The notes beneath the pieces were generated by a model that worked only from the letters and a program-made list of their open reading frames with translations, was not told the origin of the DNA and did not search any database. 64,000 nucleotides of DNA, taken from positions 27,802,654 through 27,866,653 of the forward strand of contig NC_058132.1 of the NCBI RefSeq assembly GCF_016433145.1. The letters run 5' to 3'. The translations under genes and the position numbers were made by a program. How positions within the stretch are numbered: the first letter of the stretch is position 1; every line of letters starts with the position of its first letter. The stretch is from Gracilinanus agilis (taxonomy: Eukaryota). Below are positions 1 through 13,184 of this stretch, one piece after another.

Positions 1-860
1 CCAACGTTCCAGTCCCGCCCCTAGAGGTGGGGTGGGGGGGAGTGTGTCGAAAAACTTGCCCTTCTCCTTTAAGGCCGCCGGCGTCCGGAGCAGCTTCGCG
101 GAACCGAACGCCGCAGAGAAGCCCGCAGGTTGGCCAAGGGGGAGGCCCTCACGTCCATTATCCCCTAAATTGGCCAATCCTCGTTCGGCATCTTCCTCTG
201 GCGCTCTTTTATTGGACGGTTTATGTGGCGGGGGTGGTTGAAGCCAATCGGAGACCCCTTCGATGGGCGTGTCATCAGGGACGACACGCCCCACGCCCGG
301 AACAGTCGCGGTTGCCATGGGCACGGGTGGGCGGCAGGGGGAAATGCCCCGGATGTTGGTGCGGGATTCAATATGGCGGCGTCGGCGGCCGCGGTGGCGG
401 CTCTGGCCTGGGCGAGCTGAGTGCTGGCGAGTGGGGTACTGAGCCCCGGGAGGAGCGGCGGCTTAGCCGGGGAGCAAGGTTGGAGGATCGGGGTGGGGGG
501 CAGGAGCGAGCGGGGGAGGTGTGGGCCGGCGGGGGGAGGGGAGGGAAGGCAAGAGGTCGGCACCTGGGAGGAGGGGGGCGGGGCCGAGAAGCTGGGGAGA
601 GGGGACCCCCGGATGGAGGTCAAAGGTCAGCACCTGAGCGGCGGGTCTTGGATCAGCCCAAGAAGGGAACCTGCGAGGAGCTAGAGACCCTTACCTGGAG
701 CGGCGGGCGATCTTGGGAATCCAGGAATAACCAAGGTTCCAGGAGTGAAGGGTGAAGGGTCAGAGAACAGGGAAGGGACTCGGGCGCCTCCCCCAGCCCA
801 GCCTTGACCCTTCCTAATCCTGCCACCCCGGGGGGGGGGGGGGGCGGGGGAGGGTCTCAG
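1..860 (+). promoter_or_regulatory. PAK4: CpG-island promoter and non-coding first exon region of PAK4 (exon 1 boundaries not resolved)
   Basis: CpG-dense; CCAAT boxes at 169-178 (palindromic ATTGGCCAAT), 211-215 and 244-248; YY1-type AATATGGCGGC at 370-380; the next downstream coding exons belong to PAK4. Confidence 0.75.
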
Positions 861-3800
861 ACACGCCCCTTAGCAGCCTTGAGGCCAGGATGTATGTGTG
901 CATTTGTGTACTGATGGGCACGTTGTGTGCAGGTGTCCGTGGACGCCCCTCCAAAGAGGAAGGGGCTGGCCCCATGGGACCCCAAGCTCCCCCTTAACCC
1001 CCATGGCTCTCAGCTGCTCTGGAAGCCGCGCCGTCTCGTAGTGGGAGAGGGAATTTCCCTTCTGGGGGGCCCAGTCTAGCTGTAGATTTCTGTTTCTGCC
1101 TGAGCCACCGAAGTGGAGATCCCCTGAGGGCAGGGATTGCTTCCTCTGTGTTTTAGGGCCCTTTTGTTGAGAGGCTTAGTTCTGTCTCCTGATTAGAGGA
1201 AACTGGACACTTGGGGCTGCGGAGGCTCTATGACCCCTTTCAGGATTCCAGGGAGCTGGAGTGGGTGGGGTGGGAAGGAGGGTGTTCCTGGGAGAGCCCG
1301 GAGTTTGGCCTTTCTGGGAGGGTGTAGGCATCTGGTGTCTGAGTGTGATGAGGGCTGGGTCCAGGAGAATGCTGGCACAGGAGGCCCTGGAGGAGGAATT
1401 GTCGGCCAGGGAGAGGGTTTGGGTGAGTCTGGGAGGGGAGCCATGTAGAGAGGCTGGCTGATCTCTAGGGGTCCCCAGCCAGGGAGGGAAGGGAGCTTTG
1501 TAGAGAGGCAGGCCTGTGTTTCTCTGGGACTGACTCCAGCTGGGGAAGGAGTGGGCGCCCTGCTGGGATGGCTCAAATGGAGCTGTTGCCTGAGCTTATC
1601 TCTTGCTCTCGCCCTTGCCCTGGGATAGAAACTCCTCAGGTGACTATAGAGACATCACGGTGGGCCTCTAGGAATTAACCCCGGAGACTTGGGGTGGGGG
1701 GCCCCTCAGGGGGTCTAATTTATGTGAAGCATTCCTGGGAAGCTGCTGCATGTGTTTCTGTGAATATTTGGCCTAGGGATACAGGTGGATTTTATGGGGG
1801 AGGGGAGAGCCCTCTTCCTCTGGTACTGCATAAATGCTTGTCTGTTGGACTCTAAGCCCTAGTAAGGCTGATGTGTACCTAGAGGGAGGGCTCCTTGGGA
1901 ATGAGCAATCTGGAGGCTTGAGGGCATATTTGAAGGGGCCCCTGGGGGCTCCTCGAGAGGACAGCAAGGATTTCTGGGGAACACTGGTCTTTGGAGGATG
2001 ATGCTTTGACCCCCTCCCCCCAACATCCCCTGGGCTGCAGAGACAGAAGCCTGATGTGCAGTTCTGTTGAAGTGGTAAATTTATTTGGCAGCTGAGAAAT
2101 AACTCAGTGGAGAGGGTGGGCATGTGGCAGCCTTTGAACTGTGGCCCCTCCCTTGCTTGTCTCCTCTATCTATAAAGGAGCCTGGAGGAGCAAGATCTCC
2201 CACCCATCCTCTTGGGAGGGGGAGAATGTTTTAGTGCCAGGCTTGCTGGTGGCCTGATGGTTTCTTAATGAGGAACTCAGGCTCTAGGAATGGGATAGAA
2301 ATTCCTTCTTGACAGGGGCAGAGAGAAATTTGATGTCTCATGGCTACTAAAGGGTAAGCAGAGCTATGGCAGATCTTGCCCTCCTAGGTCTATCCTTTGG
2401 GCTTCTCTCCTGGGGCATTTTCTCCTAGGCTTTTCCTTGGTGACTCAGCCCTGCTTGATACTGTGGACTCATGGGGAAGTCAAGTTGAGATGGAGCACGA
2501 GGCTATCTCTGGCTAGCGATGTAGAAGGGAACTTGCTATTGTCACAAAGGGTGTGTATGGGGAAGGGAGCAGATGATCTGGACCTGGGGGTCCACTCCAA
2601 GCCTGGAAGAGCTGGCTTTCTTCGGATTGTTCTTGATCCAGCAGTGATTTGAAGAGGTGGCCGGGTTAAGAATAAAAACAAGTCATTATTCATTCCTTCA
2701 GCCTCACCAGCACTTCTCAAGAGTCTATGAAATACCTGGGGGAAAGAGATCTTTGCAAGACTTAAGGGTCCAGCTTCAGGAGCTGTTTCCAGGCTAGCAG
2801 GGAGTCAGGGTTTGAGAGAGGACCTTGGGAAGAGGCTTCTGAGGCTGGCTTATTATAGTTATAGCCCCTCCCCTCCGTTTTACAGATGGAAACAGCAACA
2901 CACCCAAAAGGTCAAGAGATTTGCTTAATATTATACAGCTAATGAGTGTTAGGAGTTGGGATTTGAACCCAGCACTATAGAATCTCCACTGGACAGCAAT
3001 ATGTAATAGGTATAGGAAAAGATAGGGCTCTGGGGGTGTCTGGAATGGCAGAGGCAGGAAGAAGTGGTGGTATGGAGGGGGAATCCGGAGCTTGAAGGAT
3101 AGGCCAGTTATCCTTAGTATCTCATTTATGTATAGAGTGCTTTAAGGGTTTTACATCCTGTAGGAAGACTTCTAGGCAGAGGTTTAGAGAACCATCACAG
3201 TTCCAGAGTGGGGAAAAGGAGGTCAAGACCAAGTCCTTTCCCAGAATCATCTCTCAGGGCTCCCATCTGAGTCCAGGTCTAAAGTTAGAGGAGCCGTGGG
3301 GCTGGCCTTGGTCCAGAGGCATTCATTGCTCATATCCTTAGTTTTCAAGACTTGGGGCAAGACCAGGTCAGACTGACCCCTGGGAGCTGTTGTATCTGTG
3401 GCCAAACAGACCCTCCTGTCTGCCCCTCTGGGGTCCCTATCAGAACATAGCATATTCACTAGAGCTATATCCCCCTGGGGAGATGAAATGGGTGTTACCC
3501 AGTGCTCTGGGGATGATACCCCAGAACCCTAGTTGCTGTAGTAATTGGATTCTGGGTAACCCCTGAGGATCCCATGTGGGTCTCTGTAGGCCTCTGCCCC
3601 AACGTCCTCTCCTAGGCACCGGACTCACACCCATTCCCCTGGCGCTGTCCTGGATTTCTCACTCCATTTCCATCCCTACTTCCCATTCCTTGGCCTCAGG
3701 GGTGTCCCCAGCCAGCTGGTATTCCCATTAGTCCAGCTGTGGTCTAGTGTGGTCATTATCGACCTAGCCAGCAGGAAGCCATCTCCTGTATATGTCGGTG

Positions 3801-6800
3801 TTGGGGGAAATGGGACGTCTTCCCACTTCCCATTCAGGGCTAGGCCCAGGCTGGATTCATTGACTGTCCCTGTCCTTTGACTGCCCAGCTGGTTTCTGAA
3901 TTAGAAGAGTCCCAGCTGCCTTTCCAGGGTCTTAGAAGATGCTTGAGGGTGGTGAGGTCAGTGGAGTCCAGAGAGAAAGGCCTGCTTCCAGCAGGAGGGA
4001 GCTCCCTTCCTGTAGGTCTCCAGACCTATAAGGAGAGTGTGGATGGTGTACACAGGAGCTCCAAGAGTAGGAGTCCCCAGCCTTCCCTTCCAGGCCTAGG
4101 ATTTGGGACCTGGGGCATTTTCTGCCTTCACTTCCTCCTCCCTCCAACAACGGCAGGTGGTGTTTTCATCATTAGCTATTCCCACTCCATACCTTGGTCC
4201 TGGTATACCCCTACCTGCCCATGTAAAGGAGTAGGTGCCTTGGAGCCCTAGGCCTTTCCAGTGAATGGCACCTAGTGTTGGGGCCCTTGCAAGGTTGGGC
4301 TGGGAGCCCAGCCTCCTTCTCAGTTTACACTTCCAGTAGCTTTGGCCTTCTCAGCCAACTCCCTTTGTCATCTTCCCTGCCCTAGATGGGACGTTGCTGC
4401 TATAAAACAGGGCTGTATGCTAAGTCCCTGAACTCTCCTGGCCAAAAGTAAGTTCACTTATCTCTCCTTCCCCTGCCCCACCTTGATTGTTGGGTAGAGC
4501 TAGGGCTGCCCAGCACTTCAGAGCCCCTAGCCCTTAGGACAAACCAGCAAGGCTTCTCACCTCAGTTTCTTCATCTGCAAAATGAGATCATTCTGTTCAC
4601 CCTGAGAATTTCCCAGAATTGTTTATTATGAAGGGAGCCAAGAACTTGTCAGCCTGAGTGCTCTAGAAACACAAAATTGTTGTGTGCACCCCCTTCCAGT
4701 CCCTCTCCCCACCCACCCTCAAACTCCCAGTTTTCCCAGCTAGTCCCTTGCCCTTGAGCTGATCTTCTCAGTGGCCTCCCTCTGAGAGCACCATTTTTCT
4801 GGAAGGCCTTTTTGTTAGCCGACCGTGATTTCTCCCAGGCTTTGCTGAGATTGCCAAGTGACGACTCTGGACTTGAGCCAATGTGGTGCATGTTCCCCCC
4901 ACACACACACACTCCCCTAGCACCCTAGAAGCCATGTGCTAGACATCTCCTAGAGCCCACCATGCTGAATAATTTTCTCCTGGTGCCAGTCATGACCCTG
5001 TCCCCTGAGACCACAGCAGCTGATTAGGAAGGAGCAGAGCTGGCATGGTGGGTGGGCAGTATCTCTTTTCGGGTTGGAAATCATTTGCTCAAGAAGCAGA
5101 CCACTCACAGACTGTGTGAATGTGGGGACAGTTTAGCAGTAGAAGCTTGCCCTAAGTCTGTTCTTGTTGGAGCAGAAAGTGTATGTGGGGGGGAGTTGAA
5201 GAGGCTACTTGGACAGTTGGGACCAGATCATGGCAACAGAAGGGGTTAAACTTGACTTGGGCAGTGAAGAATCCTGGGCATGCCCAGGTGGAACAGTCTG
5301 AGAGTGATGAGGAGGGCCAGTGGGTGAGCTTCTCCAGCATGTGCCTGTGTCCTATCTCTCTAACTAGGCTCTTGGGAGCTCTTGAGGACAGGGACCCTGT
5401 TTTAACCCATTGAGCTATCCCTGATACCTTCCCTGAAGCCCACCCATGTAAAATTTGGTGCCGAGATGCTTCCCCAGGTCTCATCTTTGGGAAGCTTCAA
5501 AAGTTTGCCCCAAGTCTCCCTCGAGGTTTTCTTCTTTCCCTTTGTCCAGTCTTTAGGCCTCAGTCCCTGACTCTAGATAGAGGCTTCCATTCTCCTCTGA
5601 GAGCCCCTTAAAAAGGGGATGGAGAAGGATTCCCTCCAGCCAGTAAGAAATGAGCCAAGTCAGGGCTTCCCTTCTTTCCCCAGGCTCTGATGGAGCATGG
5701 AGGGGGAGAGGAGAAGAAGAGGCTGTAATTTCCTTGAATTATGTCAAGGGCTAATTAATGGTTTTTTCTCAGCTAATCAACTTGTAGTTTAATTAGCAAC
5801 AAACGGGAATTGCCCACCCAAGAGTAAAGCAACTTTGTTGACAAAAATGTGTCCTTGGTTGGGGGGGGGGGTTTCCACCTCACAGGAGTTAGCCCTTTCA
5901 GGGGACATATCTGGTGTTCCAATCATCCTACCAGATGTGGGCTGGCTGATTGTGGGGGTTGGGGAGAGGTCTGTCTCCCCCACAGGCTGTAGTCAGGCAT
6001 CAGGAGCAAGGACTTCCTGAAGAGGATGGGATGGAGAGGCCATCCTCTCTTGGAGGGGCTGACATGGGGGGGAGGAGTCTGAGATGCCTGTACCAAGTGC
6101 TGCCCCCATTCCTCACATACCTCTGCTGACCCCAGGGCTCAAAGCTGAAGATCTGCTCGAAGCCAGCCCAGGAAGGGAAGGCTACTGCAGATAATTTTCC
6201 CCTGCCGAATGAACTGCACTCCCAGGTCGATCCCCTTTGCTGAGCCACAGGCTCTGGACTGGTCCCTGTGGAGAGTCACCCTGACTCAGGAGGAGAAGCC
6301 ATGGGCCTCTTACCTCCCATCTCCCAGGAGCTATAAACTTGCCCAACCTTGCTCCTAACTCCTGATCCTGCAGCCTAAGGATTGAGTAAGGACTCAGGGA
6401 GAATAGCAGTGATTCTTCCCTAGAGCTGTAAAATGTAGCTCCATGCCCTTGGCAAGTCACCTCTCAGCCTCAGTTTCCTCATCTTTAAGTAGAGATAATT
6501 AAAACATCTACCTTCCCGGCTTGTTGTGAGTTTCAAATTAGATAATTTATGTAAAGTATTTTGGGATACATTAAAGTTCTCTAGAGTTAGCTCTCATTAG
6601 TACTGTTAGGATTTTGTAAGTGACTCCCAAAGCTATATGCCCAGCCCCAGTCTGTCCCCCAAGCTCCCATCCTCCCAATAGTCTTCCCCTCACCCTAACT
6701 GCTGGGTTTCCTTGGAGGATGTTGCCATCCTTGCAGCCCCCCACTTCTCAGCCTTAGAGTGACCCCGACTTCTTCACTGTCACCCACAGCATTTCTAGTA

Positions 6801-9109
6801 GCCATCCCCTTCATCCTCTTCTCTCCAGGGCTTAGTTCAGGGTCCACCCCCTTTTGCCTGAACTACTGCAGCAGTCTCTGAGCAGGTTCCCCAGTCCACA
6901 CTGCTGCCCGATTGGCTAACTGTGTTGCTCCTCTTCTCAGGGCACACGGGGCTTCTAGAATAAAACCCTTTGGACTCTGGCCCTAGAGACCTTGGCTGTG
7001 GATCTCTCTTCCCTCTCAGCTTTTGACCAAGCTGGACCACCCTCCGCTGTTCCCTCTGCACAGGGTGCCTTCTGCTCCAGGCCTGCAGTGGCCTCCCTCC
7101 CTCCCTGGTCAGCCCATTCTCTCCAGAGCTCAGCTTAAAGACCATCTTGGGCATTCTATTCACAGCCATGCCCTGCACCCATTAGCTGGTGCTCTTCCCC
7201 TGGGGTATGACTGCTTATTTCGTGGTAACTTAATGCCTTCTTTTAGGGCCCAGGCTTGATTTATACCCAGAGATTAGGCTTTAGACCCAGTGCGTGGCCT
7301 CCTTGCTTGTCCCTCTTCAACACACCTCCAGCTTTGTGTAGTTTGTGTGTGGTTGTGGTGGTAAAGTGTGCGCTCCCTCCCCCTCCTTCCTCCTCCCGTC
7401 TCCCTTCCACGTCATTAAACAAATTCTATTCTCTGGGAAGGGAACAAGATGAACACAGATAAGAGCAAATAGGCACAGGAGTTTATAAAGGGAGGAGGGA
7501 CCAGGAGTCAGAAAACCTGAGTTCAAATCTGGCTTCAGGTACTTCCTAGTTGTCATTGTAGTTGTCGTTCTGGGCCGGTCGTTTCATATTCCATGAGATT
7601 TCCTTGTTTATAAAATGAGGATCATAGCAGCACTTAGCTCTTTTGTAAGGCTCAAATAAGATGTGTGGAAAGAGCTTAGGACAGGTACTGGCATACAGTA
7701 AGTAGGTGCTTAACAAATACTTGTTGCCTGTCCCTCCTCCCAGAAGAGGCCTGGGCATGGCAGGATGTTAACTCGGGCACCAAGAGCAGCCTGAGCAAGG
7801 GAACAAGGCAGTGAGGCCAGGGGAGTTGGACTGGCCTGTAAGGGGAATCTGCAGCAGGCCAGTTTGCCTGGCATTTAAAAGGTGAAAAAGGAAGATGGTA
7901 GAGCTGTCATCAGACTAGGCTTCTTCATCTCCCAGCTGAGAAACCTCAGGAAGCCCCCAGAGGGCAAACAGCTTGCCCACGGCCACCCAGGCTGTAAGTG
8001 GCAGAAATCTCTCTAGGTTGGGATGGAGGTCCTCTGACCAGCCCCAGGGGCCTGCTACCTTACTAAGCTTCGGCCAGACTGCTCAGCCAAAGGGTCTAGA
8101 CTTCTTCTAGGGCAGGTAGCAAGGAGGCTGCAGGAGTGGGGCAGGGCAGGGGCACCTACCCACTGCCTCTTGGTTCCTCTTTGTAGAAGAAAGGGATGGA
8201 ATGGACTTGAGGAGATTGCTGGGATTCTGCACAATTGTGGCTTTTGACCCAGTCTTCACCATCATGCTTGTGGGGCTTAGGTTTGTCCAGAGGAGAGTTT
8301 TATTTATGGCACCATTAATTAAATCTCTTAAGAGGTGCTAAATAATTTAGTTCCAGTATTGATGAAGCAACAACCTACCACAGTGTGGTAGACCCTGTAA
8401 ACTCTTCCTTGAAAGTATTCCAAGGGAACAGAACCAAACACCCCTTCTTTCTGCTAGAAATGAGGCTGGAAAGTAATTTGCCAATAGCCAGCTCCTCCAT
8501 TGGGATTGCAGAGTGCATAAGTTAGGTCCTTGCTGACCACATGTATTACCTGACTGAGCTCTGGAGTAGGCTGTTGTTGGGGATGAGGAGACAGAGGACT
8601 GCCTGGCTCCTGCCTGACCTCCTCAGGGCCATTCCTGGGCCAATGAAGGTGTTCATTCATCTATCCTCCAAAGTGGGGTCCTGGCAGGGGGAATAGTACA
8701 GAAGCTCTTGGGTTGGCCCCATTTGAATTTTGGAATTATTAGATTCATCCTTCATTTCCTTCCCTGCCCCCTACCTCCTTAACTATTTGAGGACAGAGGA
8801 GTAGACAAGATGATCTTGATCTCCAATCTAGGAGGGTTTCCCTGTTTCCTGGGGCTAGAAAGAATCTTTATGGAGTAAGCCTCAGACCAAGTGCTGGTGG
8901 AATTTATCTCCTACAGACACCCCCACTTAACTTTTGGGGTTCTAGGAACAAAACGGCCTTTCCTCACTCCTCAGATGTTCCCCGCCCCCTCTAGTCAATG
9001 CTGCTTCCATTGATTAAGAGGCTCCAGCTCCATAGGCATCTTCCAACCTTCTCCATTAAGCTCATTGCCTGCTGGCCCACAGTCTTGTAGTTCTTCTCCT
9101 TCCACTGGG

Positions 9110-10575
9110 TTATCCATGTATCATTGTTCAAAACCTATTTCCATGTTATTCATATTTGCAGTAGAGTGATCTTTTAATTCCAAAACCCCAATCATATCAT
9201 ATCTGCATCAAACTACATGATCAATCATATGTTTTTCTTCTGTGTTTCTGCTCCCATAGTTCTTTCTCTGTATGTGAATAGTGTTCTTTCTCATAAGTCA
9301 GTCAGAATTGTCCTGGATCATTGCATTACTGCTACTAGAGAAGTCCATTACATTCAATTGTACCACAGTGTATCCGTCTCTGTGTATAAGGTTCTCCTGG
9401 TTCTGCTCCTTTCAGTCTACATCACTTTCTGGAGGTTATGGAATTCCTCCAGTTCATTATTCCTTTGAGCACAATAGTATTCCATCACCATCAGATACCA
9501 CAATTTGTTCAGCCATGCCCTAATCAAGGGACATCCCCTCATTATCCAATTTTTTGCCACCACAAAGAGCGTGGCCATAAATATTTTTGTACAAGTATTT
9601 TTCCTTATTATCTCTTTGGGGTACATACATTGCTGAAACCCAGCAATGGTATGGCTGGATCAAAGGGCAGGCAGTCTTTTAAAAACCCTTTGGGCATAGT
9701 TCAAAATTGACTTCAAGAATGGTTGGATTAATTCACAACTCCACCAGCAATGCATTAATTTCCCAATTTTGCCACATCTCCTCCAACATTTATCACTTTC
9801 CTTTGCTGCCATTTTGGCCAGTCTGCTAGGTGTAAGGTGGTACCTCAGTGTTGTTTTAATTTGCATTTCTCTAATCAGGAGGGATTTAGAATACTTTTTC
9901 ACGTGCTTGTTATAATTTTGGTTTCATTATGTGAAAATTGCCTCTTCATGTCCCTTGACCATTCGTCAACTAGGGAATGGCTTGATTTTTTGTAAATTTG
10001 ACTTAGTTCCTTATATATTTGGGAAATTAAACCTTTGTCAGAAAGTTTTGTTATAAAAATGTTCTCCCAGTTTTTTGCTTTCCCTGTAATTTTGGTTGCA
10101 TTGATTTTGTTTGTACAAAACCTTTTTAATTTGATATAATCAAAGTCATTCATTTTACATCTTGCAATGTTTTCTATCTCTTGCTTGGTCTTAAATTCCT
10201 TCCTTTCCCACAGATCTGACAGGTATACCATTCTATGTTCACTTAATTTGTTTATGATTTCACTCTTTATATTTAAGTCATTTACTCATTCTGAATTTAT
10301 CTTGGTGTAGGGTATGAGATGTTGATCTAAACCTAATTTTTCCCATACTGTTTTCCAATTTTCCCAGCAGTTTTTGTCAAGTAGTGGGTTCTTGTCCCAA
10401 AAGCTGGAGTTTTAGGGTTTATCAAACACTAGCTTGCTGAGGTCACTTACCCCAAGTCTATTCCATTGATCCTCCCTTCTACTTCTTAGCCAGTACCATA
10501 TTATTTTGATGATCACAGTTTTATGGTAGAGTTTAAGATCTGGTACTGGTAGGCCCCCATCCTTCACATTTTTTT
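9110..10575 (-). mobile_element. 5'-truncated, decayed L1 (ORF2 C-terminus and 3'UTR)
   Basis: Minus-strand peptides KSLLIREMQIKTTLRYHLTP, HCWWSCELIQP and YPKEII...FVVAKNW are typical of L1 ORF2; frameshifted. Confidence 0.9.
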
Positions 10576-11066
10576 TTCATTATTTTAATGGGTGTACTTG
10601 ATATTAGCATCCCTCTACCTCCATATTCACAACCTCAGACATTCCGTTGTCTGCCTTGGTCTTTCCTTATTTCCCTGTTCTTCCTCCTCACTGTGACCTC
10701 TGGCTCCTCTAGCCCTCAGGCCTCTCCTAGGCCATCACCCTGCACAGGCTTCTCTCTACCCTTGATGAACCAGTTCAGCTGACACTATCCTCAGTCCGGG
10801 TCCCATTGCCTAGACTCCAGCAGTGGATTTCTGCTCTCTTCCTCCTTGGAGTCTCCTCACTTGTCATAAGATTGGAATTGGAGGAAATTAGGAACCATGC
10901 TGCCTGGGGTCATGATGAATACAAGCTTTCTGATTTCATGCAGGCCCTCCTCAGTGCAGCATGTTTTCTCTTCCTCCCTAACTGATGTGCCATCTCCCTC
11001 TCCACAGTAGCTTCTTCTAAACCTTGTCTTTCCTCAAGTCCTTCATAGCACTCCTCTTCTCACCCT

Positions 11067-11225
11067 CTTTTTTTTTTTTTAAACTCTTCCCTTGCATCTT
11101 AGAGTCAATACTATGTATTGGCAGAAGAGTGGTAAGGGCTAAGCAATGGGAGCTAAGTGACTTGCCCAGGGTCACATAGCTAGAAAGTATCTATGGTCAG
11201 ATTTGCATGAAAGACCTCACTACCT
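11067..11225 (-). mobile_element. SINE1_Mdo-like SINE (partial)
   Basis: Poly-T followed by the reverse complement of the SINE tail and core (gtgacttgcccagggtcac). Confidence 0.75.
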
Positions 11226-11329
11226 AGCTGTCCTTTTTGTGACCCTTTTTGCTAAGGGCTACATTTCCTGCTTTACTAAAAAAAAAAAAAAAAAAATGAA
11301 GCTTCTCAAAGTGAGCTCCCCCTTCTGCC

Positions 11330-12985
11330 TTTCTCTTCCTTTCACATCATTCAGACATTTTCTGCTCTCAGGTCTCTGGTGGCAAGGTGATTCTCCTTGC
11401 CAAGGCCAACCCCTCTTCCTTGGCCCTTGGGCCAGTCCTCAACAGATTGCACCCACTTTCATCCCCACTCTGCTCCTTGTAATCTCTAGTCTCTCTCCCT
11501 CTACTGACTCCTTCTCTTTGGCTTGCAAGTATGCCCATGGCTCCCTGATCCTCATTTCATCCTCAGGTCTCAACTCCCTTCAAAAGTTGGTGCTTTGGGG
11601 GGCAGCTGGGTGGCTCAGTGGATGGAGAGCCAGGCCTATAGATGGGAGGTCCTGGGTTCAAATTTGACCTCAGACACTTCCTAGCTGTGTGACCCTTCAA
11701 AAGTCACTTAACCCCTATTGCCTACCCTTACAATTCTTCTACCTTAGAACCAATATACAATATTCTAAGGTGGAAGGTTAAAAAAAAAAAAGTTGGTGAT
11801 TCTGTGCCCTTCCCACTCACTCTCTTTTAAACCTTTTGGACTCTGGCTTCAGCCCTCAGAGTTCACCTGAACCTGCCCTCTCTAAAGTTGCCAGTGATCT
11901 CCTGATTGCCAAATTGAATGGTCTTTCCTCAGCCTTCATCCTTCCTGACAATGTGGATTGCTCTCTCCTTGATATTCTTCTCTCTAAGTTTTCAGGGCCC
12001 CATTCCTTTTCTCCTTTCTCTGGGACCCCTCCTTCTCAGTCTCCTTTGCTAGTTGTGGGGGTCCACAAGACTCAGGCCTGGCCCCTCTTCTTTTCTCCCT
12101 GCATACTATATTGGGTAGTGATCTCATCATCTCCCATGATTTCAGTTATTATGGAGGTGATTCTCGGATCCCTATATCTCCATTATTGCATCCCCCACTG
12201 CCCCTTAGTTCTCTGAAACGGAATGTCCTATAGACACCTCAAATTAAAATCCAAAATGGGATTCATTATCTTTCCCCCCATAGCCTCTCTTCTTCCCAGT
12301 TTCCCTATCCCCATTGAGAGCACCGTCTTCCTCCCTGTTCCTTTCTCATCCAAAGATCCAGTCCACTGACCAGTATCATTTCTGCCTTCCCAACTCTCCA
12401 CTTACACAGCCCCAAGCATATCACCTCTGGAATGGCTTTCGGCAGTAGCTACCTGACTGATCTCTCTACCTCAAAGTTTTCCCCACTCCACACCCTCCTC
12501 TACTCACTTCCTGAGATTTGCCTAAATCCTCGTCTGACTGTGGCACCCCCCTGCTCAAGGAGCACCAGTGGCTCCCCATTCCCTCTAAGATCCTCATTGG
12601 GCATTCAGAGCTCTTCCTAACTGACCCTTCCCACCTTTCTGAACTTCTTACGCTTGCCTTCTCATTCCTCACTCCACAGGCCTGATACACTGCTGGTCTT
12701 CTTGCTGCTCCCCCTTTCCTCCCAGGCCCTTTGCCTCTGACTCCTGGCTTCCTTCAAAACTCAGCCCAAACCCCATCTTCTGCAGGAGGGTTCTCCTGCT
12801 CCCTCCCAGCTACTGGCACCTTGTTGTTTGGGATTGCCTCCCCTCTGCTCTCTAGGGATTCTGTCTTATCTGCTTAGGAACCTCCGCTCTCCTGAATTCA
12901 CATCTTTGCTTCTTAAGGGACAGTTAGTATCTCCAGGCCTTCACACAGTGCCTGACACTTAGCAAGTGCTTAAGAAATGCTTTCA
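11330..12985 (+). mobile_element. Old L2 LINE fragment interrupted by a SINE
   Basis: PQSSPEPALSKVASDLLIAKLNGLSSAFILPD resembles L2 RT; ends in an L2-type 3' end (cacagtgcctgacac...agtgcttaagaaatg). Confidence 0.65.
11597..11790 (+). mobile_element. SINE1_Mdo-like tRNA-derived SINE
   Basis: ggggcagctgggtggctcagtgg head, B-box ggttcaaat, poly-A; ~14-bp TSD aaaagttggtg(c/a)tt. Confidence 0.88.
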
Positions 12986-12986
12986 A

Positions 12987-13184
12987 GGGGCAGCTCCATG
13001 TGGCAGTGAATAGAGTGCCACATTTGGAGTTAGTAGGACCTGGGTTCAGATCTGGCTTCGGACACTGCCTAGCTGTGTGACCCTGGGCAAGTCACTTGAC
13101 CCCATTGCCTAGCCCTTGCTTGCCCTTTTGTCTTTGAGTTGTTACTAAGACAGAAAGTCAGGGTTTAAAAAGAGAAAGAAAAAT
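12987..13184 (+). mobile_element. Core-SINE (MAR1/SINE1-like)
   Basis: tRNA-like head and core; flanking repeat agaaatgcttt. Confidence 0.8.

Noticed and set aside
27-755. 242-aa ORF and overlapping ORFs in the CpG island
   Set aside because: Gly/Arg/Pro-rich products expected from stop-poor GC-rich DNA; non-ATG starts; no recognisable domain
11597-11670. tRNA gene calls at SINE heads (A/B boxes, GGTTCAAAT)
   Set aside because: tRNA-derived SINE 5' regions with core and A tail; no full cloverleaf
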